Assembly: GCF_009914755.1 (NCBI RefSeq)
Contig: NC_060940.1
DNA from: the human T2T-CHM13v2.0 reference genome, Homo sapiens
DNA length: 64,000 bases
Strand: one strand, 5' to 3'
This document shows positions 33,809 to 48,708 of the stretch, piece after piece. Made by a program: the position numbers and the translations under genes. Under the pieces are notes generated by a model that saw only the letters and a program-made list of their open reading frames with translations, did not search any database and had not been told where the DNA came from. Position 1 is the stretch's first letter; every line of letters starts with the position of its first letter.

Positions 33809-34457
33809 ATGTGATCTGCACCCACATCTCCACCCCCTTGCTGATTTCATTACCTCATTCTTACGTGAGCCATCTGCAGCTCCCATAAGAGGAGTTCAGG
33901 GTTGAGGTGAAGGTGGCATTCATAGCTGAGTGAGAAGCAGCCTAATGTAATTATCAGGCATGTGGATTCTGGTCCATGTCAAGTGCATATGTAGTTCAGA
34001 TCTCAGCTCTGCCATTAACTATTGTATCGTCCTGGACATGTTACTTATCTCGCTGTTTCTATCTTAACTTGAAAGCAGAGGGCCTCATTGGAATAGCCTA
34101 TGGACTTAAATGGACTTATATTTGTAAAGTGCTAAAAGTAGTGTCAATCACAGTGTGTGTCATGCAAATGTTTGTTGAATAAATAAGACTCAGTCCACAA
34201 ATATTTACTGAGTACCTAGTTTGGGCCAAGTGCAGTCACTAAGCCTTATGGATGTGACAGAGACGGAAACACAGTTTCTCCCCTTAGGAGTTCAGCGTGT
34301 AGTGTAGCAGGGGAGAGGTAATGCACACACATTGCCTGATGTAAAGAAGAAATGAAAACATCTAACTTTTATTGAGAATTATGTGGCAGATACTTCGATA
34401 AGTACTTAATATACATTATTTTATTTATTTCCATTTGGTCATCACTTAAGAGATCTC

Positions 34458-34762
34458 TTTTTGTTTTGTTTTGTTTTGTTTTTTTGTTTTCAGATGGAGT
34501 CTCACTCTGTTGCCCAGGCTGGAGTGTGGTGGCGCAATCTCGGCTCACTGCAACCCCCGCCTCCTGGGTTCAACAATTCTCCTGCCTCAGCCTCCTGAGT
34601 AGCTGGGATTACAGCCACCACACCCAGCTAATTTTTGTATTTTTGGTAGAGACGGAGTTTCACCATGTTGGGCAGGTTGTCTCAAACTCCTGACCTCAAG
34701 TGCTCTGCCCACCTCGGCCTCCCAAAGTGCTGGGATTACAGGCGTGAGCCACTGTGCCCAGC
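34458..34762 (-). mobile_element. Alu (AluS)
   Basis: antisense Alu with (TTTTG)n tail. Confidence 0.94.
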
Positions 34763-35006
34763 AAGAGGTATCATCTTTGTTTGTAAAACTAACATTGAAG
34801 AATTAGTAGTAAAGCTAAGCATTTGAAAACATCTGGCCACTTTTAGTTCTTTCATTATCAAGAGTTCCTTTTGATTATCCATTTTCATGATGGGGTATTT
34901 GTCTGTTTAAATTAACTTTCCTAAGTTTTATACTATGGAAACTTCAAACATACAAAATAGAGCCAATGATATAATACACCTCTAGATATCCATCATCTAA
35001 CTGCAT

Positions 35007-35362
35007 TAATATGGTTTGGCTCTGTGTCCCCACCAAAATCTCATCTCAAATTGTAATTCCCACGTGTCAAGGGAGGAAAGTGATTGGATTATGGGGTCGG
35101 TTTCCCTCCTGCTGTTCTCATGATACCGAATGAATTCTCACTAGATCTGATGGTTTTATAAAAGGTAGTTTTTCCTGTGTGCTCTCTCTCTGTCCTGCCA
35201 CCTTGTGAAGAAGGTGTCTGCTTCTCTTTCCCCTTCCACCATTATTGTAAGTTTCCTGAGGCTTCCCCAGCCATGTGGAACTGGGAGTTAATTAAATCTC
35301 TTTCCTTTAATTACTCAGTCTCAAGGAAGTTCTTTCTAGCATTGTGAAAACGGACTAATACA
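35007..35362 (+). mobile_element. MST/THE1D-like MaLR solo LTR
   Basis: ATATGGTTTGGCTCTGTGTCCCCACC...GGACTAATACA. Confidence 0.9.
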
Positions 35363-35849
35363 TTCACCAATTATCAACCTATGGCCACTTTTGATTCATT
35401 CATACCCCTGTCTGCTTCTCTCACCTGGATTGTTAAGAAGAAAATTCCAGACATCATATAATTCCATCCACACTACCCCCATTTCACAGATTAGAAAAGT
35501 GAGGCTCAGAGTCAAGGTTACATAGCTAGCAAGTGGCAAAGCTGGGACATGAACCCCAGTCTATTTCACTCCAAAGTCCACACTTTTAATTTTTTTAATT
35601 TTGCTAAAATTGGGGGGATATTGCAAGTATCCCAAGTAAGGGAAGGAAATGGGAGCACAGAAGCTTGGAAGAAATCCAGGAGAGCTTTGCAAAAAAAAAA
35701 AAAAAAAAGTAATTTCTGGCTGTTGAAATGGAGGCGGAGATTTTCAGGAGACATAAAAAGCTTGCCTTAAGTCACAGAGGAAAATGATTAGAGGTTGGGC
35801 TGTGGGTTTGAAGAGAATTATTGAAGGTGTGGGGAGTGGGTTAACTTAA

Positions 35850-36008
35850 TTGGTATCATCTGGGAGGTCTTGTTTAAAATGCTGATTGCTGGGATCCTCT
35901 GCAGACCTCGTGAGTGTGACTTTCTGGGACCTGGGGCCTCAGGATCTATTTTTAACAAGCTCCCCTGGAGTTTCTGATTTTATTATCCTATATAGTTTGA
36001 AAACCAAA
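35850..36008. mobile_element. MER5 fragment
   Basis: TTGTTTAAAATGCTGATTGCTGGG...TTTTAACAAGCTCCCC...TTTGAAAACCA. Confidence 0.7.
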
Positions 36009-36358
36009 TGGAGCCATTTGCTGGAACCATCAGGACTGTAGGGATAATCATTCAGCAATTTTATTTTTGTTTCTCACTGTGTGTTCAAACCTGTTATGCA
36101 GCCCTGAGAAAAATTCCTGGGAAGCCCCAATGCCTTTCTCGGCTGTTATTAGTCACTCGGTTCTCCAGGCACCTCAAGCTGTACATAGAAAAGTCTCATT
36201 TCGGCAAATGTATGTAAGGCCTTAAATTTCATTTAAAGAGGTTTGAAAGGGAATGAAAGCCTCTCTCGTCCTGTGGTAGTGCATGCTTTGGGCTGGCAGC
36301 CCACGATGGGAAAGAAGGGCTTGGGCATCTCTTTCTGTTTCCTGGTCCAGGTTTCTCC

Positions 36359-36713
<355 letters not shown>

Positions 36714-37368
36714 TCAGAAAGAGAGGGAGTGCCTAAAGGATAGAAAAATTCTTTTACTTTAACACTGCAATCTGGACAATAAATGATATCGATTTTCTGG
36801 CTCACGAAATTTATCTTCATATGTGTTTGTCCTGCCCTTTGCTTTATTTGTTGTTGTTGGACTTTTAATTTTGGCAACTATTTCTTTAAATTTACAAGGA
36901 CTCGGTTCCTTTGTGTTGTTGGCATCCTCATTTCGATTTAAGAATGTGATATCTACTCAAATATCTCTTTATATTAACCATACTTCTTTGAGAAGTCTCT
37001 TCTGATTTTTGTATTAACTGTACTTCATTTGGTGTTCGCTCCTCTGTTTATTCAGCCTACTACCTTCTGTTTCATGCTGTTTGCCTCAACTATTTGGTTG
37101 TCTGGATTGAAGTGTGGTTCTTTCAGCATAATTGAAAATCAATGTGGCTCAGGCAGTGAATGTGGATTATGGTGACAGGGAATTTGGTGTGGGGAATATG
37201 CAGTGTAACTGAGTTTTCCCTTAAAGAATGTAGACAGTGCTTAGCTTGTGGGAGGGATTTGGGGACATTGGTCTGTTTCTCTCTGAAGCCTCAATTCTTC
37301 CTCATGAATTTCTCCTGTGGCAGAGCCCCTACTGTATTAAGAGCATCGTTCTTCCATCAAGACAGTCA

Positions 37369-37718
<350 letters not shown>

Positions 37719-38344
37719 TTAGTAGGCCAAAAAAGAAAAAACTATATCATTTAAATAAATGCAAAAACAGATATTCAATACATTTTAAAGTCCCATGCTG
37801 ATTTTAAACATTTAGTTACATAATAATAGGTGGACACATACTTAACATGACAAAAGATATTAAAATATATAATATATAAATATACATTTATGTACTTCAT
37901 ATAAAAATATAAAATTCACACTCATTTATACACATAGAAAAAAGAAAAACAAAAAAAGCCAGGGTTTTGCTTAAGGGTGAAATGTTGAAACATTTCCTAC
38001 TAAAGCAAGAAATTAAATGAGGGCTGCAATCACAATTATTAATATCTTTTTAATTATACAAGTAAAGCATATTATACTATAAAATTTAAACTTCTCAGAA
38101 AAACATAATAAAAAGTGAAAGCCCTCCCTATAATTGCATGCTCTTAAAATATCAATTCAATCGTTTGATGCCTTTTCTCCTAATTTTATTTTCCTAAGAA
38201 AATACTAAGATTTATTACATTTTTTTGGATGGGTCACAAAATGGGATCAAAGAACTAGTCAACACACTTAGAAAAGAATATAAAGTAGAATAACAATCTT
38301 AATTGAGGACCCAAAATTGTTGTTATTTGTAGATGTTTCAACTA

Positions 38345-38700
38345 TCTATTGATGTGTAACAAACTACCCCAAAACTGAGTGGCTTAAGATAACAGCCATT
38401 TTATTTGCTCATGATTCTGCCAGTTTGGATGGGTTTTTCCATCTTTCTCTCTTTATGGCCTTTGCACGTGGTCTTTCCCGCAATAGAATCAGACTTTTTG
38501 CAAGGTGGATTAGGGTTCCCAACAGCACAAAAGCATAAACTGCTGGGCTTCTTAAGGATTAGGCGCAACGTCACTTCCATTCCTTTCTATTAATCAAAAG
38601 CAAGCCACAGACCCAGCCTAGAACCAAGGGCAAGAGACTACACAAGGGTGCGAACACCAGGAGGTGTGGTTTATTGGGACAACAATTTAACAAATTACCA
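38345..38700. mobile_element. MLT1 LTR (old)
   Basis: GTGTAACAAACTACCCCAAAACTGAGTGGCTTAA...TTTATTTGCTCATGATTCTG. Confidence 0.75.
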
Positions 38701-38926
38701 TGATAGATAATAAGACTTTAGTTATAGATTCATAACAGAATCAACCACAAAATGATTAGGAATGATAAGAGCATTTAGTTAAATAATGGATAACAGAATA
38801 GATTAAAAACAACAAATTGTTAACTATATATTACCATATATATTTAGATATATTTTCATATATATTATACATATAATTAGATATTATAGATTATATATCT
38901 AATTGTACCTACAATGTTACTTGTGA

Positions 38927-39263
<337 letters not shown>

Positions 39264-39439
39264 CCAACAATAATTTATTTCATTAATATTTATTTTGGCC
39301 ACTACCACATAGCAAGTATTATGCTAGGCCACAGCTAAATAGAGGTATACAGAACAGACAGAGGCTTTACCCTCATGAAACTTATAGTCTAAAGAAGTGG
39401 GCATACATTAAACAAAATCCCTGATGGAGGGAATTTAGT

Positions 39440-39840
39440 GCATCAGTGAGCTATTGCTTTGATGAATGCTGTGTAACAAACAATCCCTTAATTGTTTTAA
39501 ATCTTAGTAGTTTAAAGCAATAAATATCTATTGTTCTGCTCAACAGTGTGCAAGTTGCTTGGGGACAGTGCTGCTTTAGGCTATGGGTTGGGTTCAGGCC
39601 TGTTCCACGTATCTCTCAGTCTGGACCAGCAGCAAATCAGCATGCTCTTCTCCCAGATGGCAGAAGTGCAGGCAGCTAAACCAAACCATGCAAGCACATT
39701 TAAAGCCTCTCTTTGCATTGTTTGTTTACATTCCATTGGTAAGAGCAAATCACATGGCCAAGTCCAATTTGATGAGATAAAGATGTGTAATTCTATAACA
39801 TGGAGGAAATGAAGAATTAGAAAAAATAATCTAATAAAAC
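39440..39840. mobile_element. MLT1 LTR (old) within L2
   Basis: GCTGTGTAACAAAC...AAATCACATGGCCAAGTCC; L2 pieces at ~39270-39420 and ~39880-40410. Confidence 0.65.
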
Positions 39841-40414
39841 ATAGTCAGAAATCTGAAGAACTAATTCCTATGGGGCTTGGGTGTCATGAACAAGAAGGAC
39901 AGTGGTGGGGTATAAGGCCAAAGACAGAGGGGATAGATCATTTAGGGCCTTGCTGGTCTCACTGAAGATGTTGAATTACATCTAAATGGAATACAAAGCC
40001 ATTGGAAGATTTTAAGCATGGAGGTGATATGATCAATTTACATGTTTAAAAAGATCCTGTTGTAGAAAGGGTGAATTGGAAGAAGAAAAGAGAAGACATA
40101 GACCAATGAAATCTGTTGCAATAAGTTCAGATAGCAGTATGGCTTAGACAAGGAGGGTAGTAGTAGTAGAAAGGAAGAGAAGCCAGTGTGTTTGAGGTAT
40201 GTTTTGAAGAGGGTCAGACTTAGTCACGAGTTGGATGTAAGTTTGAAAGAGGACTCAGGAATGATTCAGATTCCTGACAATCGCACTAGGGTGAATACAG
40301 ATACCTTACTTGCAATAGGGGCTGGGGAAGTGGTGTCTGGCAAAGGAACAGATTTGAGGAGATAGATTAAAAGTTTAGTTTTAGGCATACTGAAATCCAT
40401 ATGCTTGTGAGACA

Positions 40415-42760
40415 CTACTCATATAATATCTGGGGACAAGCTTAACAAGCAATGTGGAGGATCTATATGAATAAAACTATAAACCTCTATTGAGGGACAT
40501 AAAAGAAGATTTGAATCAATGGCGTGTCAAACCTTGCACTTGGATAAGAAGACAAAATTGTAAAGATGTCAATTCTTACTAGATAAATCTATAAATTCAA
40601 TGCAATTTCAATCAAATTTCAATAGTACCTTTTTCTTGGAACTTGTCACAATTACCAGGAACCTTCTCTAAAAAGAAGAGTAATGAGAAATAACCAGCTT
40701 CACCATGTAGTATAATGCATTATAAAATAATGAAATTTATAACACCAGACTACTGATGCAGGAACAGACTGCTAGATCAATGGCATGTAATGAAGTATAG
40801 AAATATATCCAAGAATAGATGGGGATTTAGTGTATTAAAAAGATTGAACATATCTAAGTGGGAGAAAAGACAGGTTATTTGTAAGTGGTTTAAGGACAAC
40901 TGGATAGCTATATGGAGAAAAAAGAAGTGAAACAGCATTTGTAGGTTATTTAGGAAAATTTACTCTTCCTTCTTATTGGCTATATACTGTTCCATAGTTT
41001 CAGTATAGCATAACTTATATTCATATTGATGTACTTTTAGCTTTTTTTGGGTTACAAACAATAGTGTGAAAAGGAAATTTTAATATAGCATCCTTGGACA
41101 AATGTGTGAATCCTTCTCCAGGATAGATTCCGAGATGTGAATTTGCTGGGTCAGAAAGTATGTGCTTCTCTAAAAAAAGCACTGCTAAATTTCCCTTTGA
41201 AACCTCAAACTACACTCCAGCAGCACTGGGCAAGAAGAGAAAAACAAAAGAAACCCAAATAAAATAGATGGATCAAGTTAATAAAAACCAAAGCAGAAAT
41301 AAATGAAACAGAAAAAACAAGAGTAAAGATGATCAATAAAACCCAAAACTGGATTTTTTTTTAAAAGAATGATAAAACACACAAAGTTTCTGCTAGCCTA
41401 ATCAAGGCAAAGAGAGAGGATCCAAATGGTATTAGGAATGATGAAGGAGATAGAGTATGGATACAGAAGAGATTTTTAAAATTAGGAGGCTACTTTGTAC
41501 AGCACTTTTGCTAAAGTCAGAGGTTAAAACAGTAACTGCTTATAATAAAAAAATGCCATTGAAATTACTTTGTAAGTCATACCTATATCAAAGGTGGATA
41601 TATTCTTGCAAAAACTATTTTTTTTTAAATTCATCTTTGCATCTCATCATTGTTTTGAAAGTAGTGGCCAACTTATATGAAAAACATCATCATTGTTTTT
41701 AAATTAGTGGCCAACTTATATGATTGTATAGTTTACTTCTAAACCATACGATCACCTTTGGAGAGGTGAGATGCTTGACAGAAACTAACAGCCTGAGCAG
41801 CAGATTCACATCTTGCTCATGTGAGGCATAGCCTCTTTAATTGGAATAACAGGAGGAATTGCCCATGTGGTTTACATTGTTTGGCTTCCCTCCCTCCTTT
41901 TTTCCTTTCTTTAAAAATATATAAAAAATTTAATAGGGCATGTACAGTTGAATCCACATATAATAAATGTATGGATGATGTGATTCAACTATGTAACTTT
42001 ATACCAATCCATTTGAAATCCTTAGATGAAATGGACAAAAATGTCAAGGAAAATATAAATTACCAAAATTGGTCCAAGAAAAGCAATAGAAAACACTCAT
42101 TAAAAAAAAAATTAGAAATGGCAGTTAAAGGCCCATCTACCAATGTGCCCCTCCCTGTCTGTCATCCAGGACACAAGCCCTTTGTAGTTACATAGGTAAG
42201 TTCTACCAAATTCCAGGGAAGAGCCCACTCTATTTTACATGCCAGAGCATTGAAAAATATGGGGAACAACCAATCTTATTTTATAAGGCAAATTTATTTC
42301 CAACATCAAGACAAAATAAAATTACAGGCACTTTTGAATATAGAGGCAAAAAACTGTAAAAAGTACTAGATAATTGAATCTAGTGGTACATTAAAAGAAT
42401 AATATATCTTGATCAAGTGGATTTATCTAATAAATTCAAGTTTGGGAATCAATGTAAATATCAGTGTAACTCACTGTATTTACAGATCAAAGGAGAAAAT
42501 CATTCAATGGATACTAGGAAGACATTTATTAAAATGCAACATCCTTTCATAATTAGACACACTAGAAATAACTGTAAAGGGGTCTGCCATAAATATACAG
42601 CAAATGTTGCACTTAATGCTGAATTTTTTAGAAACATTGTCATTCAAATGAGAAGCAACACATGGATGTTTGCTTTGACTACCAATAATCACAATTCTAA
42701 TGAGGGCCTAGCCAATGCAATAAGAGGAAATATGTGAGAGATAAATATTGGACAGGAATA
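40415..42760 (+). mobile_element. Patchwork of old L1M ORF2 remnants
   Basis: ATGTCAATTCTT...CTATAAATTCAATGCAAT; AAAGCAGAAATAAATGAAACAGAA; GATGAAATGGACAAA; CTAGCCAATGCAATAAG. Confidence 0.7.
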
Positions 42761-43380
42761 TAGAATTTGCAGAATTTTATTAACTGAAACATGAAAACAT
42801 TGTTCTCTGCCTTCCTTGCTTCCAGTCATACTGCATTTACTCTTTTGTAACTCAGTTATATACAACATATATATGAAATTACTTTTACATATATATCGTG
42901 TATGTATATGGAATCTCTCTCTCTATATATAAATACACGTTGTGTGAATTAATGCACATTGTTTAACCAGGCCCCCATTGATAAACTTTGCATTTCTTTT
43001 GTTCTTTACTATTGTAAACATTTCCTTGCCTTTGTGTACTGTATTTGAAGGATAAATTTCCAGATCTTGAATTGCTAGATTTAAAACAGCGCAGATGTCC
43101 TTCAACAGGTGAATGACTAAGCAAACCATGATTTGCTTTGTATTCCAAATCATGGAATTCACATCAGCCATAAAAAGGAACAGACTAGTGGTACACACTA
43201 CAACTTGGATGAATCTAGGGAATTATGTTGAGTGAAAAAAGCTAATTCAAAAAGTATGATATACGTGCTATATCATTTCATTTATTTAACATTTTTAAGC
43301 GACAAAATTTTCTTTTTTCCTTCTCCTTCTGCCACTGCTATACTGAGCTATAATTGACAAATACAAATTGTATATTCTTA

Positions 43381-43786
<406 letters not shown>

Positions 43787-44327
43787 TCACTTATTTAACA
43801 TATTTAAGTGATAAAATTTTCTTTTCACTGAGAATAATAAGATTTGTTCTTCTTCCTCAAGAATTGCTTTGGCTTTTTGGGGACTTTTGTGGTTCCATAT
43901 AACTTTTAAGGTTTTTTTTTTTTTTTTCTATTTCAAGTGAAAAATGCCATTGGAATTTTGATAGAGACTACATTGAAATTGTAGACCAAAGTGGCAGTAT
44001 AGATATTTTAACAAAGGACTATTATCCTTCATTCTGTTCATGTGGCTTATCACATTTATTAGTTTGCATATGTTGAATCATCCTTGCATCTTAGAAATAA
44101 ATCCCACTTGATCAAGTGTAAGATCTTTTTAATGTGCTGTTGAAATAAATTTGCTAGTATTTTGTTGAAAAGTTTTACACCATGTTCATCAGGGATATTG
44201 GGCTACAGTTTTCTTTTCTTGTAGTGTCCTCCCCTGGCTTTGGAATCAGGGTAATACTGGTCTCATAAAATGAGTTTGGAAGTGTTTTGTCATCTTCAAA
44301 CTTTTGGAGGAGTTTGAGAAAGATCAA

Positions 44328-44678
44328 TTCCTTCCTTCCTTCCCTCCCTCCCTCCCTCCCTCCCTCCCTCCCTTCCTTCCTTCTTTTTTTTTTTTTTTGA
44401 CAGGGTCTTGCTCTGTCTCCCAGGCTGGAGCGCAGTGGCATGATCTCAGCTCACTGCAACCTCCGCCTCCTGGTTCAAGTGATTCTCCTGCCTCAGCCTC
44501 CCCAGTAGCTGGGATTATAGGCACCAGCCACCATGCCCAGCCAATTTTTGTCTTTTTAGAAGAGACGGGGTTTCACCATGTTGGTCAGGCTGGTCTCAAA
44601 CTCCTGACCTCAAGTGATCCGCCTGCCTCGGCCTCCCAAAGTGCTGGGATTGCAAGTGTGAGCCACTGCGGCCGGCCT
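44328..44678 (-). mobile_element. Alu with (TTCC/TCCC)n tail
   Basis: antisense Alu. Confidence 0.95.
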
Positions 44679-45183
44679 AATTCTTATTTAAATATTTGGT
44701 AGAATTTATCAGTGGAGCCATCAGATCCTGGGCTTTTCTTTTGTGGGAGGTTTTTGATTACTGCTTTAATCTCCTTACTCATTATTGATCTGTTCAGATT
44801 TTCAATTCATGATTCAGTCCTGTTAAGTTATACTTCTAGGAATTTACCCATTTCTTCCAGGTTATCCAATTTGTTGGTATATAATTGCTTCTTATATTCC
44901 TTATGATCCTTTGTATTTCTGTGGTATCACTTGTAATGTCTCCTCTTTCATTTATAATTTTGTTTATCTTCTCTTTCTTTCTTAGTCTAGCCAAACTTTT
45001 GTCAATTTTGTTTTATTTCCAAAAAACAAACTCTTAGTTTCATTAATCTTTTCTATTGCTTTTCCAGTCTATTTCATTTATTTGTTCTCTAATATTTATT
45101 CCTTTCCATCTGCCAACTTTGAGCTTAGTTTGTTTTTCTTTTGCTAGGTCCTTGAAATATAAAGTTAGGTTGTTAGGTTGTTA

Positions 45184-45600
<417 letters not shown>

Positions 45601-45933
45601 GAACTTCTTTTGCTGTATCCCGTAAGTTTTGATATGTTGTTTTTCCATCTTCCTTTGTACCAAGATATTTTTTGATTTCCCTTTTGATTTCTTCTTAGAC
45701 CTACTGGTTGTTCAGGAGTGTGTTGTTTAATTTTCATGTATTTGTGAGTTTTGCATTTTTTCCTCTTGTTATTGATTTCTAGTTTCATACCATTATGGTT
45801 GGGAAGATAACTGATATAATTTCAATCTTCCTAAATTTAAGATTTGATTTGCAGCCTAACATATTATCTATCCTGGAGTGTTCTTTATGTACATGAAAAT
45901 AATGTGTATCCTGTAGCCATTGTATGGAATATT

Positions 45934-46392
45934 CTATGTATATCTGTTAGGTATTTGTTCTATAGTGTCATTCAAGTCTGCTGTTTCCTTAATGATTTTT
46001 TGTCTGGATGATCTGTTCATTAGGAAAAGTGGGATATTGAAGTTCCCAACTATTGTTGTATTACTCTCTATTTCTGTTAATATTTTCTCTATGTATTTAG
46101 ATGTTTTGATGTTGGGTGCATATAAATTTACAATTGTTATATTATCTTGTTGAATTGACCCCTTCATCATTATATAATGACCTTTTTGTCTCTTATGACA
46201 GTTTGACTTAAAGTCTATTTTGTCTGATATAAGCGTAACCACCCTCGTTCTCTTTTGGATACCATTTGTATGAAATATCTTTTTCTGTCCCTTCACCTTC
46301 AACCTATGTGTGTTCTCAAAGCTAAAGTGAGTCTCTTGTAGGCAGCATGTAGTTGGAATTTTTTTTTTAATCCATTCAGCCATTTCAGCCAT
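45934..46392 (-). pseudogene. L1 ORF2p endonuclease N-terminal remnant
   Basis: peptide CCLQETH...HRLKVKG..KIF...ISDKIDFK...GHYIMMKGSIQQDNITIVNLYAPN matches L1 EN domain. Confidence 0.9.
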
Positions 46393-46693
46393 TCTGCCTT
46401 TGCTTTGAATCCATTTACATTTAAATTAACTATTGATCAGTAAGGATTTACTATTGCAATTTTGTTGTTTTCTGACAGTTTTGTAGTTTCTTTCTCTCTT
46501 GCTATTTTCCTTTATGACTTTTATTTTTGTATGCTTTTATTCCTTTCTCTTTATCTTTGATGTATCTACCACAGGTTTTACTTTGTGGTTACCATAAAGC
46601 TTGTATAAAACCTCTTATAGTAGTCTATTTTAAACTAATAGCATTTTTCTTCAACTGCATAAAAATAATCTACACTTTAACTTCTCCTCTTAC

Positions 46694-46980
46694 TTTTTCT
46701 TTTTCTTTTTTGTTTGAGACAGAGTCTTGCTGTGTCACCCAGGTTGGGGTGCAGTCACGTGATCTTGGCTCATTACAACCTCCGGCTCCTGGGTCCAAAT
46801 GATTCTCATGCCTCAGCCTCCAGAATAGCTGGGATTACAGGCACCCACCACCACACCCAGCTGAATTTTGTATTTTTAGTAGAACTGGGGTTTTGCCATG
46901 TTGGCCAAGCTGGTTTTGAATTTCTGGCCTGAAGTGAGCCTGCCAAAGTGCTGGGATTATAGGCATGAGTCACCACACCC
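46694..46980 (-). mobile_element. Alu with left-arm deletion and no evident TSD
   Basis: GAAGTGAGCCTGCCAAAGTG deletion junction. Confidence 0.9.
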
Positions 46981-47001
46981 ACCATACCCAGCACCACACC
47001 C

Positions 47002-47207
47002 AGGCTAGGCCTGTCTCTCCTTTTCACTTTTTTCCACCTACTGTATATTCACCGGAAGCTGATTAGATTGTGCCCACCAGATTAAGAGTGAATCTGCCTT
47101 CCCCAGCCCACTGACTCAAATGTTAATCTCTATTGGCAACATCCACACAGACACACCCAGGATTAATACTTTGTATCCCTCAATCCAATCAAGCTGACAC
47201 TCAGTAT
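47002..47207 (-). repeat. 206-bp direct duplicate of 48492-48697 (MLT2A1 part)
   Basis: ungapped alignment by eye, 6 mismatches, offset 1490 bp. Confidence 0.93.
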
Positions 47208-48197
47208 ACATTATATGCCACTAATGTCACATTTTACTTTTTAAAATATTGTGTATACATCAGCACATTATCGTGGCTATAGTTACGTTAAATATTTTTG
47301 TCTTTTAACTTTTATACTAAAAGTGATTTTATATTAAAAGTGATTTTATGTACCACAATTACAGAGAGTATTCTAAATTTTATCATATTCTTACCTTTAC
47401 AGTGAGTTTTATACTTGCATATGTTTTTATTATGTTAGCATCTTTTCAACTTGAAGAATTCCTTTTGTATTTCTTGTAAGGTAGGTCTAGTAATGATGAG
47501 CTCCCTCAACTTTTGTTTGTCTGTGACAGTATCTTTCCTTAATTATGAAGGGTAATTTTGCTGTGTATAGTGTTCATGATTAGCAGGTTTTTTTCTCTCA
47601 GCACTTTGAATATGTCATCCCAATCCTTTCTGGCCTGCAAAGTTTCTTCTGAGAAATTCATGGATAGTCTAATTAAAGTTCCCATGTATGTTATAAATCA
47701 CTTTTCTCTTTCTGCTTTCAAAATTGTCTTTTCTTCTTTGACTTTTAAGATTTTGATTATATGTCTTGGTAAACATCTCTTTATATTTAATCTATTTGGA
47801 GTTCTTTGGGCTTCATGGATCTGGATGTTCCCTCTTCAGATTTGGGAAGCTTCTGTCATTATTTAAATAAGTTTTCTGCACATTTCTCTTTCTCTGATCT
47901 TTCTGAAACTTTCATAATGCATATATTGGTTTGCTTGATAGTATCCCAAAGTCTTGCAGGTTTTCTTCACTCCGTAATTCTTATTTCTTTTTTTTACTCT
48001 GATTGGGTAATTTCAAATGACCTTTCTTCAAACTTGCTGATTTTTTTCCTGCTTGATCAATTGTGCTGTTGAAGCTCTGTATGGAATTTTTCAGTTCAGT
48101 CATTATGTTCTTTAGCTCCAGATTTTCTGTTTGGTTCTTTTTTGTGGTTTCTATCTCTTTGCTGAACTTCTCATTTTGTTCATTATTGTTTTCCTGA

Positions 48198-48236
48198 TGT
48201 ATTAGTCAGGGTTCTCTTCGAGGGACAGAACTAATA

Positions 48237-48303
<67 letters not shown>

Positions 48304-48708
48304 TAATGAGAGAGATATATATATATAGGGGAGTTTATTAAGTATTAACTTACATGTTCACAAGGTTCCCTAATAGGCTGTCTTCAAGCTGAGGAGCAAG
48401 GCGAGCCAGTTTGAGTCCCAAAACTGAAGAATTTAGAGTCTGATGTTCGAGGGCAGGAAGCATCCAGCATGGAAGAAAGATATAGGCTGGGAGGCTAGGC
48501 CTGTCTCTCCTTTTCACTTTTTTCCACCTACTGTATATTCACAGGAAGCTGATTAGATTGTGCCCACCAGATTAAGAGTGGATCTGCTTTCCCCAGCCTG
48601 CTGACTCAAATGTTAATCTCTATTGGCAACATCCACACAGACACACTCAGGATTAATACTTTGTATCCCTCAATCCAATCAAGCTGACACTCAGTATTAA
48701 TCATCACA
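48198..48708 (-). mobile_element. MLT2A1 (HERV-L) solo LTR with internal (TA)n
   Basis: TGTATTAGTCAGGGTTCTC...CAGTATTAATCATCACA, exact 5-bp TSD CCTGA. Confidence 0.92.

Noticed and set aside
45934-46392. 152-codon open L1 endonuclease frame as a domesticated gene
   Set aside because: Covers only part of the domain with degraded motifs; flanking ORF2 is broken by stops and Alus.
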